Source: the human T2T-CHM13v2.0 reference genome, Homo sapiens. Taken from it: 64,000 nt of DNA. Every line of letters begins with the position of its first letter. Position 1 is the stretch's first letter. Below the pieces are notes generated by a model. It searched no databases and had not been told where the DNA came from. It saw only the letters and a program-made list of their open reading frames with translations. The stretch lies in the NCBI RefSeq assembly GCF_009914755.1, contig NC_060945.1. One strand, 5' to 3'. Below, piece after piece: positions 32,094 to 52,892 of the stretch. A program made the translations under genes and the position numbers.

Positions 32094-34230
32094 CCCTCTC
32101 CCTCTCCCTCTCCCGTCTCCCCATGGTCTCCCTCTCCCTCTCTTTCCACGGTCTCCCTCTGATTCCGAGCCGAAGCTGGACGGTACTGCTGCCATCTCGG
32201 CTCACTGCAACCTCCCTGCCTGATTCTCCTGCCTCAGCCTGCCGAGTGCCTGCGATTGCAGGCGCGCGCCGCCACCCCTGACTGGTTTTCGTATTTTTTT
32301 GGTGGAGACGGGGTTTCGCTGTGTTGGCCGGGCTGGTCTCCAGCTCCTAACCGCGAGTGATCCGCCAGCCTCGGCCTCCCGAGATGCGGGGATTGCAGAC
32401 GGAGTCTGGTTCACTCAGTGCTCAATGGTGCCCAGGCTGGAGTGCAGTGGCGTGATCTCGGCTCGCTACAACCTCCACCTCCCAGCAGCCTGCCTTGGCC
32501 TCCCAAAGTGCCGAGATTGCAGCCTCTGCCCGGCCGCCACCCCGTCTGGGAAGTGAGGAGCGTCTCTGCCCGGCCACCCATCGTCTGGGATGTGAGGAGC
32601 CCCTCTGCCTGGCTGCCTAGTCTGGAAAGTGAGGAGCGTCTCTGCCCAGCCGCCCTCCCATCTAGGAAGTGAGGAGCGCCTCTTCCCAGCCGCCATCCCA
32701 TGTGGGAAGTGAGGAGCGTCTCTGCCCGGCCGCCCATCGTCTGAGATGTGGGGAGCACCTCTGCCCTGCCGCCCCGTCCGGGATGTGAGGAGCGTCTCTG
32801 CCCGGCCACCCCGTCTGAGAAGTGAGGAGACCCTCTGCCTGGCAACCACCCCGTCTGAGAAGTGAGGAGCCCCTCCGCCCGGCAGCCGCTGGGTCTGAGA
32901 AGTGAGGAGCCCCTCCGCCCAGCAGCCACCCCGTCTGGGAAGTGAGGAGCGTCTCTACCCGGCAGCCACCTCGTCCGGAAGGGAGGTGGGGGGGGTCAGC
33001 CCCCCGCCCGGCCAGCCGCCCCGTCCGGGAGGGAGGTGGGGGGGGTCAGCCCCCCACCCGGCCAGCCGCCCCGTCCGGGAGGGAGGTGGGGGGGTCAGCC
33101 CCCCGCCCGGCCAGCCGCCCCGTCCGGGAGGTGAGGGGCGCCTCTGCCCGGCCGCCCCTACTGGGAAGTGAGGAGCCCCTCTGCCCGGCCAGCCGCCCCG
33201 TCCGGGAGGGAGGTGGGGGGGGTCAGCCCCCCGCCCGGCCAGCCGCCCCGTCTGGGAGGTGAGGGGCGCCTCTGCCCGGCCGCCCCTACTGGGAAGTGAG
33301 GAGCCCCTCTGCCCGGCCAGCCGCCCCGTCCGGGAGGGAGGTTGGGGGGTCAGCCCACCGCCTGGCCAGCCGCCCCATCCGGGAGGGAGGTGGGGGGGTC
33401 AGCCCCCCACCCGGCCAGCCGCGCCGTCCGGGAGGGAGGTGGGGGGGTCAGCCCCCCGCCCGGCCAGCCGCCCTGCCCGGGAGGTGAGGGGCGCCTCTGC
33501 CCGGCCGCCCCTACTGGGAAGTGAGGAGCCCCTCTGCCCGGCCAGCCGCCCCGTCCGGGAGGGAGGTTGGGGGGTCAGCCCCCCGCCCGGCCAGCCGCCC
33601 CGTCCGGGAGGGAGGTGGGGGTGGTCAGCCCCCCCCCCGGGAGGTGAGGGGCGCCTCTGCCCGGCCGCCCCTACTGGGAAGTGAGGAGCCCCTCTGCCCG
33701 GCCACCACCCGGTCTGGGTGGTGTACCCAACAGCTCACTGAGAACGGGCCATGATGACAATGGCGGTTTTGTGGAATAGAAAGGGGGGAAAGGTGGGGAA
33801 AAGATTGAGAAATCGGATGGTTGCTGTGTCTGTGTAGAAAGAGGTAGACATGGGAGACTTTTCATTTTGTTCTGTACTAAGAAAAATTCTTCTGCCTTGG
33901 GATCCTGTAGATCTGTGACCTTACCCCCAACCCTGTGCTCTCTGAAACATGTGCTGTATCCACTCAGGGTTGAATGGATTAAGGGCGGTGCAAGATGTGC
34001 TTTGTTAAACAGATGCTTGAAGGCAGCATGCTCCTTAAGAGTCATCACCACTCCCTAATCTCAAGTACCCAGGGACACAAACACTGCGGAAGGCCGCAGG
34101 GTCCTCTGCCTAGGAAAACCAGAGACCTTTGTTCACTTGTTTATCTGCTGACCTTCCCTCCACTATTGTCCTGTGACCATGCCCAATCCCCCTCTGCGAG
34201 AAACACCCAAGAATGATCAATTAAAAAAAA
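32094..34230 (+). mobile_element. Full-structure SVA (SVA_D-like), antisense within RWDD2B intron 1
   Basis: Short (CCCTCT)n, Alu-like region ~32170-32520, GC-rich VNTR ~32520-33715, SINE-R ~33716-34220, poly-A. Confidence 0.96.
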
Positions 34231-34360
34231 AAAAGTCTTCTATTTTCTATTTGGAATACATTTTCAATTTCTGCATTTAAATATTTGATCCATCTGGGAT
34301 ATACTTCACTTTAAAAGGTGACGGAAGTTTCCAGCTTATTTTTTTTTTCCAGTTAACTAG

Positions 34361-34667
<307 letters not shown>

Positions 34668-34859
34668 TAATACTCAACTCTTGAAATCACTATGATGGGT
34701 TAGTAAATTGCTCCTACTCTGTCTCTTCATAGCCATCACTCTTCTTTTCTAGAATTCTTTTTTGGTATTTCCTGGCTTTTCTCACATATAAACATTAGAA
34801 TAATTTTGTTAAGTTTTGAAAACAAGAAAAAATGGTAACTGCATTGAAATTAAAGATTA

Positions 34860-35344
<485 letters not shown>

Positions 35345-35464
35345 TCATGGTACCAAGTATTACTGAATATTAAATGTTCACAATTCTCAAATTCTTAGGA
35401 TGTTCCAAATTCTCGAGCCCCATATTTGTAAATTTAACTATATCTGTATATTTATATTGGATGT

Positions 35465-35951
35465 TATATTAGTTCATTTTCTGTTACGATAACAGACTAC
35501 CTGAGACTGGGTAGTTTACGATGAAGAGAAATTTATTTGGCTTATTGTTCTGGAAGCAGGGAAATCCAAGAGAATGGTGCCTGCATTTTGCAAGGGCATT
35601 CTTACTGAGTCATCCCATGGCGGAAGGCAGAGGGCAAGAGAGAATGAGAGCAAGTGCAAGAGAGATGAAGGGGCCAAATGCATGCTTTTATCAGGAACCC
35701 ACTCCCACAATAACTAACCCACTCCTGCAGTAACACCATTAATCCATTTGTGAGGGCCCTGTTCTTTGGGAACTTTTTCAACCCTGCCTTCTTTCTCTTC
35801 TTCTGAAATGCTGATGACAGGAATGTTACATTTTTTGTTATATCCCTGCATATCACTTAATCACCTCTGAAAGGTCCCACCGCTCAACTCTATTGCTTTG
35901 GGATAAAGCTTCTAACACATGAACTTTGGGGCACACATTAAACCACAGCAG
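35465..35951. mobile_element. MaLR LTR (MST/MLT1A-type)
   Basis: Typical tattagttc...tacctgagactgggt start and aaaccacagca end. Confidence 0.7.
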
Positions 35952-35991
35952 AGACCATCTCAGTCTTAACAGTCCTAAAATAGGTCTAAAT

Positions 35992-36305
35992 GGCCTGGCG
36001 CAGTGGCTCACGCCTGTAATCCCAGCACTTTGGGAGGCCAAGGCAGGCAGATCATGAGGTCAGGAGATCAAGACCATCCTGGCTAACATGGTGAAACCCC
36101 ATCTCTACTAAAAATACAAAAAATTAGCCGGGCGTGGTGGCGGGCACCTGTAGTCCCAGCTACTCAGGAGGCTGAGGCAGGAGAATGGCGTGAACCCAGG
36201 AGGCAGAGCTTTCAGTGAGCCGAGATACAGCCACTGCACTCCAGCCTGGGCGGCAGAGCGAGACTCCTTCTAAAAATAAAAAAATAAAAATAAATAAAGT
36301 AAAAT
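35992..36305 (+). mobile_element. AluY
   Basis: TSD aaaataggtctaaat. Confidence 0.93.
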
Positions 36306-36676
36306 AAAATAGGTCTAAATTATATTTCTTTAATAATAATTCTTTTATTATTTCTTTTCTGTTTAGAGAACCTATTTTAACCATTCTTTTAGGATAGGTC
36401 TGCTGGTGACAAATCTCCTAGATTTCCTTCATCTTAGAATGTCTTGATTTCCCCTTCATTTCTGCAGAATATTTTCACTGGATGCAGTATTCTGGCTTAA
36501 CAGGTTTTTACTTTCAACAATTGAAAAATGCTGTGCCTCTTCACCTAGCCTCTCTGGTGACTGATGAGAAATCACTCTCATTTGAATTGTTTTCCTTTAC
36601 AGATAAGGTTCATTTTTGTCACTAATTTTAAGAATTTTTCATTGTCTTTGGTTTTCAGAAGTTTGATTATGATGCG

Positions 36677-38624
<1,948 letters not shown>

Positions 38625-38659
38625 GCTTATTACTATTATTATTATTGGTCATCATTTCA

Positions 38660-39079
<420 letters not shown>

Positions 39080-40389
39080 GAATTTTTGTACCCAGTGAAT
39101 AACTGCTATGAAGAAACCTGAAAAAGAAAACAAGGATAAGGGAAACAATGAGGCAGCAGGGGTGAGACTGCACACAGCATTGTCAGGAAAGGCCTTTCTC
39201 CTAAGGTGACTGTAGGGAAGAGACTTTAAGGAACTGAAAAAGGAGGCCATGTGTTTTTCTTGGCCAAGAGTGTTCAAGGGAAAGCGAACAGCATATTCAA
39301 AGGCCTTGAGGAAGGAGGGTGCTAGAACAGCTGGCCAGAGCACAGTGAGCTGAGGACACGGGGAATAGAAGAGTTTAGTAAGGAAATGTGGGGCAGTTTA
39401 TGTTGGGACTAGTAAAGCATGGCCAGAATTTTGAATTTTATCCCGACTGACATGTAAGAGCTACAAGAGAGGTTTGACTTATGAAGATCCCCACACTTGC
39501 TGCTATGGAGAAAAGTGAAAGGAAAAGTGGGGTGACCAGATATAGACACCGCAATAACTAGGGAGAGATGATGGTGGCTTTGATAGGATTATAGTGGTCA
39601 AGTTGGTGAGCTTCAGGTTCTGGATACATGCAGAGAACAGAGGCAACAGGATTTACAGATGAATTACATGAGACACGGAAGAATGACTCCGGGGCTTTAA
39701 GGTACTGAAAGTATGGATCTGCCATTTATTTAGACGTTGATGGTCATGGGGAGCTGAAGCTTGGTTTTAGACACAAGTAATGAAGTGCCTACTAAGACAC
39801 CTGTTAAATAGAGATGTCTAGCAGGCAGTTAGATGTATAGTTTTGAAGTCTACGAGAGACTCAGCTAGATATATAATCTTGGGAGTCAACACTTATTTGG
39901 AACTATATATTTGTTTAAAGTCTCCCAGGGAGTGAGTAAAGTTGGGAGAGGGTGCTATTGAATTGGAGGTATCGAAGATGAAATGGGATTAGCAAAGAAG
40001 AACGGGACGGAGGGACTCTTGAACGGACAACTACGGGAGTGATGTCACAGGTCATTTATCTGCCAAATTATTTTCGCTTAAGAGATTTCAGTCCTTCCAA
40101 AAAACCCTCAAGATAATTTTATGATTCAAGATTTCAGCGAATGCTGTAAGATAATAGACTGTGGCCGGGCGCGATTGCTCACGCCTGTAATCCCAGCACT
40201 TTGGGAGGCAGAGGAAGGGGGACTGCTTGAGCCCAGGAGTTCAAGATCAGCCTGGGTAACATAGTAAGAGCTCGCCTTTATTATTTTTTTAAAAAATAAA
40301 ATATATTTAAGAGAACGCAGACTGAAACTTGAGATTTCTGAGTGGAATAATATCTTTTCCTTGCAGATTTTTTTTTGAAGAACAGAGCA

Positions 40390-41346
<957 letters not shown>

Positions 41347-42939
41347 TAACGGGCACTTTTCAGGGACAAAGAATTGGTCCGTTAATGTTCCTCAAATTCG
41401 AACGCGCCTAGGAATAGTTCGGGGATCCTGTTGAAGTGCAGATCAGGATTCCGTAGGTAGGGGTGGGGTTCCAAATTCTACATTTCTAGTATCTTCCCAC
41501 ACGATGGTGATCCTCCTTGTCCCTGAATCATGGAGGAGGGCAATTAGGGAGATGTGAGCCTGGATGCATGGTGGCCTTGGCTATCTTAGGTGTTCTTGCC
41601 CATTAACCAAGCTGGGAGGAACCGTGTGAATGCATATCTATCCCTGTTAATAAAAGGGTAGTTTGAAGGAGATGCTGACAGGAGAATAATTAGAAATGTT
41701 TTTCTTCCCAATCCAACTATATGCAATACACTTTATAATATTCATTTTAGAAATGTCATAGATAAGATTTGTAAACATTGACATTTAGCAATACTAAATA
41801 TCACTGCTAGGTCTCCCCTCCACTTTTTTTTTTTAAACAAAAATACGACAGTATGTATTGTAGGTCTTCATAAACTACGTCTTCTGCATAGTGTTTCATG
41901 AGCGTTTTTCAATGTCATAATTTATTTTTTCCTCCAACATTTATTATGAAAAAATTCAAGTGTAAAGCGAAGTCGAGAGAATTTTACAGTGGAGCAGACC
42001 TCAAGAGAAGGGGAAGGATGGATTTCCCCTCTATTTAGCAGTGTCTGAAGACATTTTGGGTTGTCACAACTGGAAGGATGGTATTGGCATGGGGTAGGTA
42101 GAGCACAGGGATGTTCCTCAACTTCCTACAATGAACAGGACATCCCCCGACAACAACAAATTTGCTGGTCCAAAATGTTGATAGTGTTGAGGTTGAAAAA
42201 CACTGACCTGGAGAGTACAGAATTTTACTCTACCAGCTTTGTCACATACCTCATCAATCTATCTGTTTTCATACATTTAAAAGTAAACTGCAGACAGTAC
42301 GCTTCTAAGTACCTCTAATGCACATCATTGGAGTTCAAATTAAGGATTTTTTAAGGTAAAAATGAAATGCATACCTTAAATACACATCAGTTTTTAAATG
42401 CACACGCCTATGGAACTCAAGCCATATTAACATATAGAACGTTACCATCACCCTAGAAAGTTCTTTCATGCCCTTTCTTAGTTCCCAACCAGTTCTCCCC
42501 AAAGGTAACCACTGTTCTGATTTTTTCCCCCACCATACTTATTTTTCTTGTTATAGAACGTCATATGGTTGGAGTCATGCAATAGATATTTTTGTGTAAG
42601 GGTTCTTTCACTCAGGGTAATATTTTCATCTGATATCATGTGTATCACTTTCTTTTGATTGCTCAGTAGTATTCCATCATATGAATATACCAGTTCCATT
42701 CTTGTTTTGATAGAAACCTGGGCTGTCTTCAGTTTTTTGGCTATTATAAATAAAGCTGCTGTGAACGTTCTTATATAGCATTTTATTGCTCATGACTTTC
42801 TTTTCAATAAATATTTATCGAGCACTTACTATATTCCAGGCATTTCCAGGTACTAATTATAGCCATGAACAAGACAAAGATGTCGCATCTCTCAAAGAGC
42901 TTATATTTGCACATTTCTGTGTATGTATGAAGAGGGCTA

Positions 42940-45706
<2,767 letters not shown>

Positions 45707-45959
45707 TCACTCGCTGCGTTTTTTATTCTGACATGGTGCAGGAAGGTAAATTCAAGACAACTTAGGTACTCAGTTTTAGAAGTCGACAGGACAGAATTAC
45801 GGAAACAAATTTAAGCGTTCCCCCTTTTAGCTCCAAATATAATGTGTTCCAGAAAGGTAACCATCTAGGAAACTCCAAGGCTCAGACCACCACCGGATGC
45901 CCACACTTCAGGAGCATTTATATAACTTCGTGGTTATGTCAGAGACGAGAAAACCCATT

Positions 45960-46600
45960 GACAACCAAACCCCTAAACCCGAACATCCGGCGCAAGCCGC
46001 ACGCAGGCGCAGATTTACTAGCGTCAGAGCCGATGGTCCCGGGAGGTGGGGGTGGGGTGGTGGTGGCCTAGCCACTTCCCATAATGCCGCGTTCCGGAAG
46101 TTATTGCTTTCCAGGGGTCACTCTGGCTTCGACTCCGTCGCTCTCAATTCGTCACCAGGAGGAAGACGGAGCTGGCTGCCCAGCCCAAAGGCCCATGAGG
46201 GGATGCAGTTATGGGCTCTGTCGCCGTGGGTGAGTTCTGGTCCCACTGCCTGGCAGTCGTCGCTCGCCTGGCTTTCTGCGCTGGGAGAGCTCCTGTTTTC
46301 CGCCCCAACTTCGTTCTCTTCTTGAAGGCCGCTCTCCTTAAGCACGTAACCCGGCTACTTTCCGGTACTGCGATCTCATTGGCTGCATGTTCTGTCAGTT
46401 CCAGAAGCTGGCCAATGAGATGCCGCTGCTGGCGGCCTTCTCGACCCCGTGGACCCAGAGGTTCCCCCGTGGGATCGGAGCAGTTAGAAGGGGAGGAGAG
46501 GGAAGGTGTGGCAGGCGCCGAGCAAATGGGTGGGTGGCGCGTGGCAGGGACTTCCCTATGGGTTGGAGCTGGATTTGCAGCCGTGTTCATACGGCTGGTA
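45960..46600 (+). promoter_or_regulatory. USP16 CpG-island promoter
   Basis: CpG-rich; ZNF143/Staf-like TTCCCATAATGC 46076-46087; ETS TTCCGGAAGT 46092-46101; G-rich tract 46045-46066. Confidence 0.85.
46100..46229 (+). other. USP16: USP16 non-coding exon 1 (5' end approximate)
   Basis: Strong donor TGG|GTGAGT at 46229/46230 within the CpG island upstream of the ATG-bearing exon. Confidence 0.8.
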
Positions 46601-47628
46601 GGAAAAGCAGGATCTGTCACTTATCCAATTGACTATATCTAGGAGGGGATTGATATACGCAAAACTTGAAAGCCACGTTAACACCTGCTGACAAAGTTTT
46701 CCACACGCTTACATTTTTAATGGAACCGAGTAGGCAGGGGAAGACTGGGAGGGCAGAGAGTGAAGAGACTTGGAATAATATGAGAACCGGCAAGACTATC
46801 TTTGATTTAGATTTTGTATGGAGTCCTGCGAAGAGTCATTTCACTAAGACGTTAATGCTCATCCGATGACACTACTTGAAAAGTGTATTAAGTTTATTGA
46901 TGTTTTATAGCTGATGGAAGTCACAATATGCTCTCCTCATGACTCATTAGTTGCCTTTATAGTTGTCAGAACTTTACTGAGGCTCTTTCCGCAGCACTGG
47001 AGTGACCCCTCTGTCCTCTGCCTGCAGTAATTAACAATTCGTCTTTCAAGTTTTCCTATGGAGTCTAAGCTGCTGCAATCCTCAAACCAGATTTACTAGT
47101 GCTGTCTTCACTACTGCAGACTTCTGACTTCTCATTTTTCACCCTTTTCTTTTTCACCAGAACTTGTTTGCTTCATTCTTATGTACCTACCTTTGCACCT
47201 TGTAATCATCCTTTATGCCTCAGGTACTATTCTATTTTTCTATTTCAATGCAAGAAGTATTTCTTCAGGACCTGCTATGTACTAACATTATGCTAGATAT
47301 TATAGGCAGTTCCAAAACTGTGCTTGAAACCATTTATTTTTCTAAGAACTTTAGATTCTGCTTACAGAAATAACATAAACCCAGATTAAAGATTTAAGAA
47401 ATTCACTAGAATATGGGATAAGGGGACAAGATGACTAGAGCATACCATAAATACTGGGGAAGTTCAGTGGAGAGGTTTATTTAGAGTAGAATGATTGTCT
47501 AAGGCTTCCTTGAAATGGAGAGCTTCCAAGATTGGTAAGATTTAGATAGAATATTACAGCTAGAAATCAAAGACATCAAGGCGGGGAGGGTACAAAGTGT
47601 TTTGGAGTGGAGTACAAGAGAAGGACTT

Positions 47629-48131
<503 letters not shown>

Positions 48132-49365
48132 ACAACATCTGCCTTTTAGCTCATCGTTTGTGTGATCTTTCACCATTTTTTTTTCCTGACTTTTCTCCTT
48201 GAGTGAAATGCCTCTATTTAAAGTGTTGTTATGAAAATCCGATGTGATAATGTTTGTGAAAGGGCTTTGAAGATCAAAAGCACTATATAGTTATAACTTT
48301 AGTGGTTTTTTTTGTTGTTGTTGAGGTGTAATAGAAAGTCAGGATTAGCCGAGCAATGGGGCCGAATTTATAAAGGCCTATGAGTGCAAAGTTTAGGGAG
48401 TGTGGTCCAGGAAACTGTTAAATGCTTCCAATCAAGAGAGTGATATGATAAAAATGGCATAACTGGGAGATGAATCTAGTACTGAACTCCCACATCGATT
48501 AGAGTGAGTTGGATTGGAGGCAAGAACTTGGGTGCTATTTTATGTATTTATTTCTAAAATCTATAATTCTATATAATTAGGTAGACCTGTATGTACTTTT
48601 AGCACTTTTCATGTTTTCTAAGTTTGAATTGTTGACTAAAAAAGTGAAGATTTGATGTGCAGCTAGATTTGTCAAATAGCCTTCCAAAGTGGTTTTGGCA
48701 ATAATATAATAATGTAAATAGTTGAGAATGCAGTTGTAATCAATTTTCATTTAGCTGATACGCATAGGAAATCCTGGTGTGGAAAATGTACAACAGTGTA
48801 TCACTTTTTGTATTTGGCTTTGAAGCCATTTTGGAAATTTTCTAACTCCCTTCAGGAGGTTGTTAGAATTATTTTTAATTTTTATTAGAGAAATTATCAG
48901 TTTAATTTGCATAGACTGCAGAGCTAAGAAAGGTAGCTTAGAAGGGAAGCAAATCAGTTTTCTGATTAAAGTGCTGCCATTATTTCACATGTATGTAGTG
49001 AGGAGTCACCTTCCTAAGAGTATCAAGTTCTGAGACTGTTCAAGATCTGTGTAAGATGACCAAGGTTCTCTCCTGACCTTTACATATATTGAAAACCTCT
49101 TAAGCTTGCTAAGAATCACTTTCCTATGCTATGAAAAACGGGAGATAACTATTCTATCTACTTGAGTTCCTGTTGAAAATTAGATGATTATATGTGATTG
49201 GTCTTTGTAAATTACAATGTGATAGACATGCATAATATACGTGGCTTAGTTATATTACTGTCTCCTAGAGAAATATAAGACATACTTTTTTTTTTGGTCA
49301 AGCTAACTTTATCTTGTTTTCTAGATTGTTATTTTGTGTCAGTAAGTAATCCATAAAGTGCCAAC

Positions 49366-49426
49366 ATGGGAAAGAAACGGACAAAGGGAAAAACTGTTCC
49401 AATCGATGATTCCTCTGAAACTTTAG
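49366..49426 (+). CDS. USP16: USP16 exon 2 coding part (MGKKRTKGKTVPIDDSSETL); exon likely starts at 49325
   Basis: gccaacATGG Kozak context, TAG|GTATAT donor, upstream acceptor ttttctag at 49324. Confidence 0.95.
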
Positions 49427-49575
49427 GTATATTTCATTGATTGAATCTTTAATGTTTATATCTCTAAATGAATATGTTTTAAAATGTAAAAATGGTATAA
49501 AGCTGCATATTATTGTTATATTATCTGCATTTTAATATAATGTTTGTATCTATATGTCATTTAATAGTCTTCTAC

Positions 49576-50987
<1,412 letters not shown>

Positions 50988-52047
50988 TCATTGGACATAA
51001 AGCTAATTATGCCACTTGACTAGTTTCTAAACCTCCAGTGTTCCTGGAACAACTCAGCACTGTAGAGTGGTTTGCAAAGCTCTTTACTTATCTTGGCCCC
51101 AACAGAGTTTTCAGCCTCAGGTTCAACTGCTCATTTTTGCACATTGTGTAACTCCGTCATCTGGGGAGACAGCATGCACTTTCACATGTTTTTGTTCTTG
51201 GCATGGGCATTTTCAGATTGCCCTTCACTCCCTGAGGTCGCAGTTTAAAGTGTGAGCTATGAAGTCTGAAAGACTTGAGTCTAAATTCTGGCATAGATAC
51301 TCAGTAGTTATGTGGGTACTAAATCTTAGTTTTCTCATTTGTCATTGGGAATAATAGTGTCTTCTAGGGTGATTGTAAGGATTAAATGGGATAATGTATT
51401 CAAAACATTTAACAAAGTTCATAGGACATATTTAATTAATATCAGCAATTTTTATTACTATTATTATCTTCTAGGATTGCACAGATGTTACCTCCCCTGT
51501 GAAACTTTTGGTGACTTTAGCCTTCTCTGCTTGTGCTGCTATACCATGTTTCGGAGATTCTTATACATTAATTTATTTAGCTGCCTTTCCTTCCAGAATG
51601 TGAGCTACTCAAAGAAAACAGCTGTGACTTGGTCAATTTTGGGCTCCTGAGCGTCTAGCACAGTGCCTGCCCTATAGTAGGTGTATTATTGACTAAATGA
51701 AGGACGTTTTCTACAAATCTTTAAAGATAAAGAGAATCATAAGTATGATAAAGGGCCTTAATTTAAAGGAAATAGCCAAATAAATTGAAATGAATTTGTA
51801 GTGGGGGACAGTGGTGGTTATATTTAGGACTTCAAGAAAGCGAAACTTCACAAATTTGTGTCAAATCTCTTTCTCACATATTTATCTCATATTATTCAAA
51901 TATCAAACAATTTTAAGTTCAGAATATCTTAACAGTTTATAGAGTAAATTTCATTTTTGAAATGTGAATCGAGGGTAAGTTTTGAGATTAACTGAAGAAA
52001 GTCATTTTTGACCTTATATATTCCTTGTCTATTATTTGTTTTAATAG

Positions 52048-52226
52048 AACCTGTGTGCAGACACATTAGAAAAGGATTGGAACAAGGTAATTTGAAAAAG
52101 GCTTTAGTGAATGTGGAATGGAATATCTGCCAAGACTGTAAGACTGACAATAAAGTGAAAGATAAAGCTGAAGAAGAAACAGAAGAAAAGCCTTCAGTTT
52201 GGCTGTGTCTTAAATGTGGCCATCAG
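52048..52226 (+). CDS. USP16: USP16 exon 3 (UBP/BUZ zinc finger)
   Basis: aatag|AA acceptor, CAG|GTATGC donor; encodes CRH...CQDC...WLCLKCGHQ. Confidence 0.96.
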
Positions 52227-52892
52227 GTATGCTTACGTTTTAAGATCAATATGGGATTTTAGAAAACTCTTTGAACTTACTTTAGAAGGTATTACCTGAA
52301 AGTACAGTATGGATAAAAGGATACTAGTAACATAGATCATGTTCTCTGGAGAACCAGTTCTGAGATGTGTGTATAGGTGGTGGAGTGTTCTCTGGTACCA
52401 CACCAGTAAAAGTAAGGGAAGCAAGATTAAGCATAGGGAGAAGTTGAATGAAGAGGCAGTGGCAACAGGGTCTCAGCCAATCCCACAGTGATCTCTTGCC
52501 TGAATTGAGGCAAGGAGCTAGACCTTTCTACCTGTGCATAGACCAGTCATTGGATGTGGCCTGCCCCTAGAGCAGGAAGTAACCTTGGGCAAGGCAGCTC
52601 CCTTTTGTTGAGACTGATTCCTGGGGATGGATGGACTAGACTGTGAGCTCTCAGCCGGCCACATTCTCAGCACCTGGGGGAATGAGTAGTACCTTGATCT
52701 TTGGCAGTGAGGGCATGTCTGGCTGGCACATCACAGTATCTACTCTACCAGCTCACAGTTATTACCGTGGTACTAAAGTCAGGGTCTCTCAGTTACCCTT
52801 AGTGGTGGCAAGTTAAGCTTATATGTTAGGAAATTGGGCTACTAGGCAGTAGTCATGAAGTCATGAGGCTTCAAGATCAGGCAGATAGCCAG

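Noticed and set aside
32202-34216. Many 60-172 aa Pro/Gly/Arg-rich ORFs
   Set aside because: Products of the GC-rich SVA VNTR and SINE-R.
45897-46642. 142-158 aa ORFs over the USP16 promoter
   Set aside because: They read through the exon 1 donor or are antisense; CpG-island artefacts. Only the spliced uORFs were kept.
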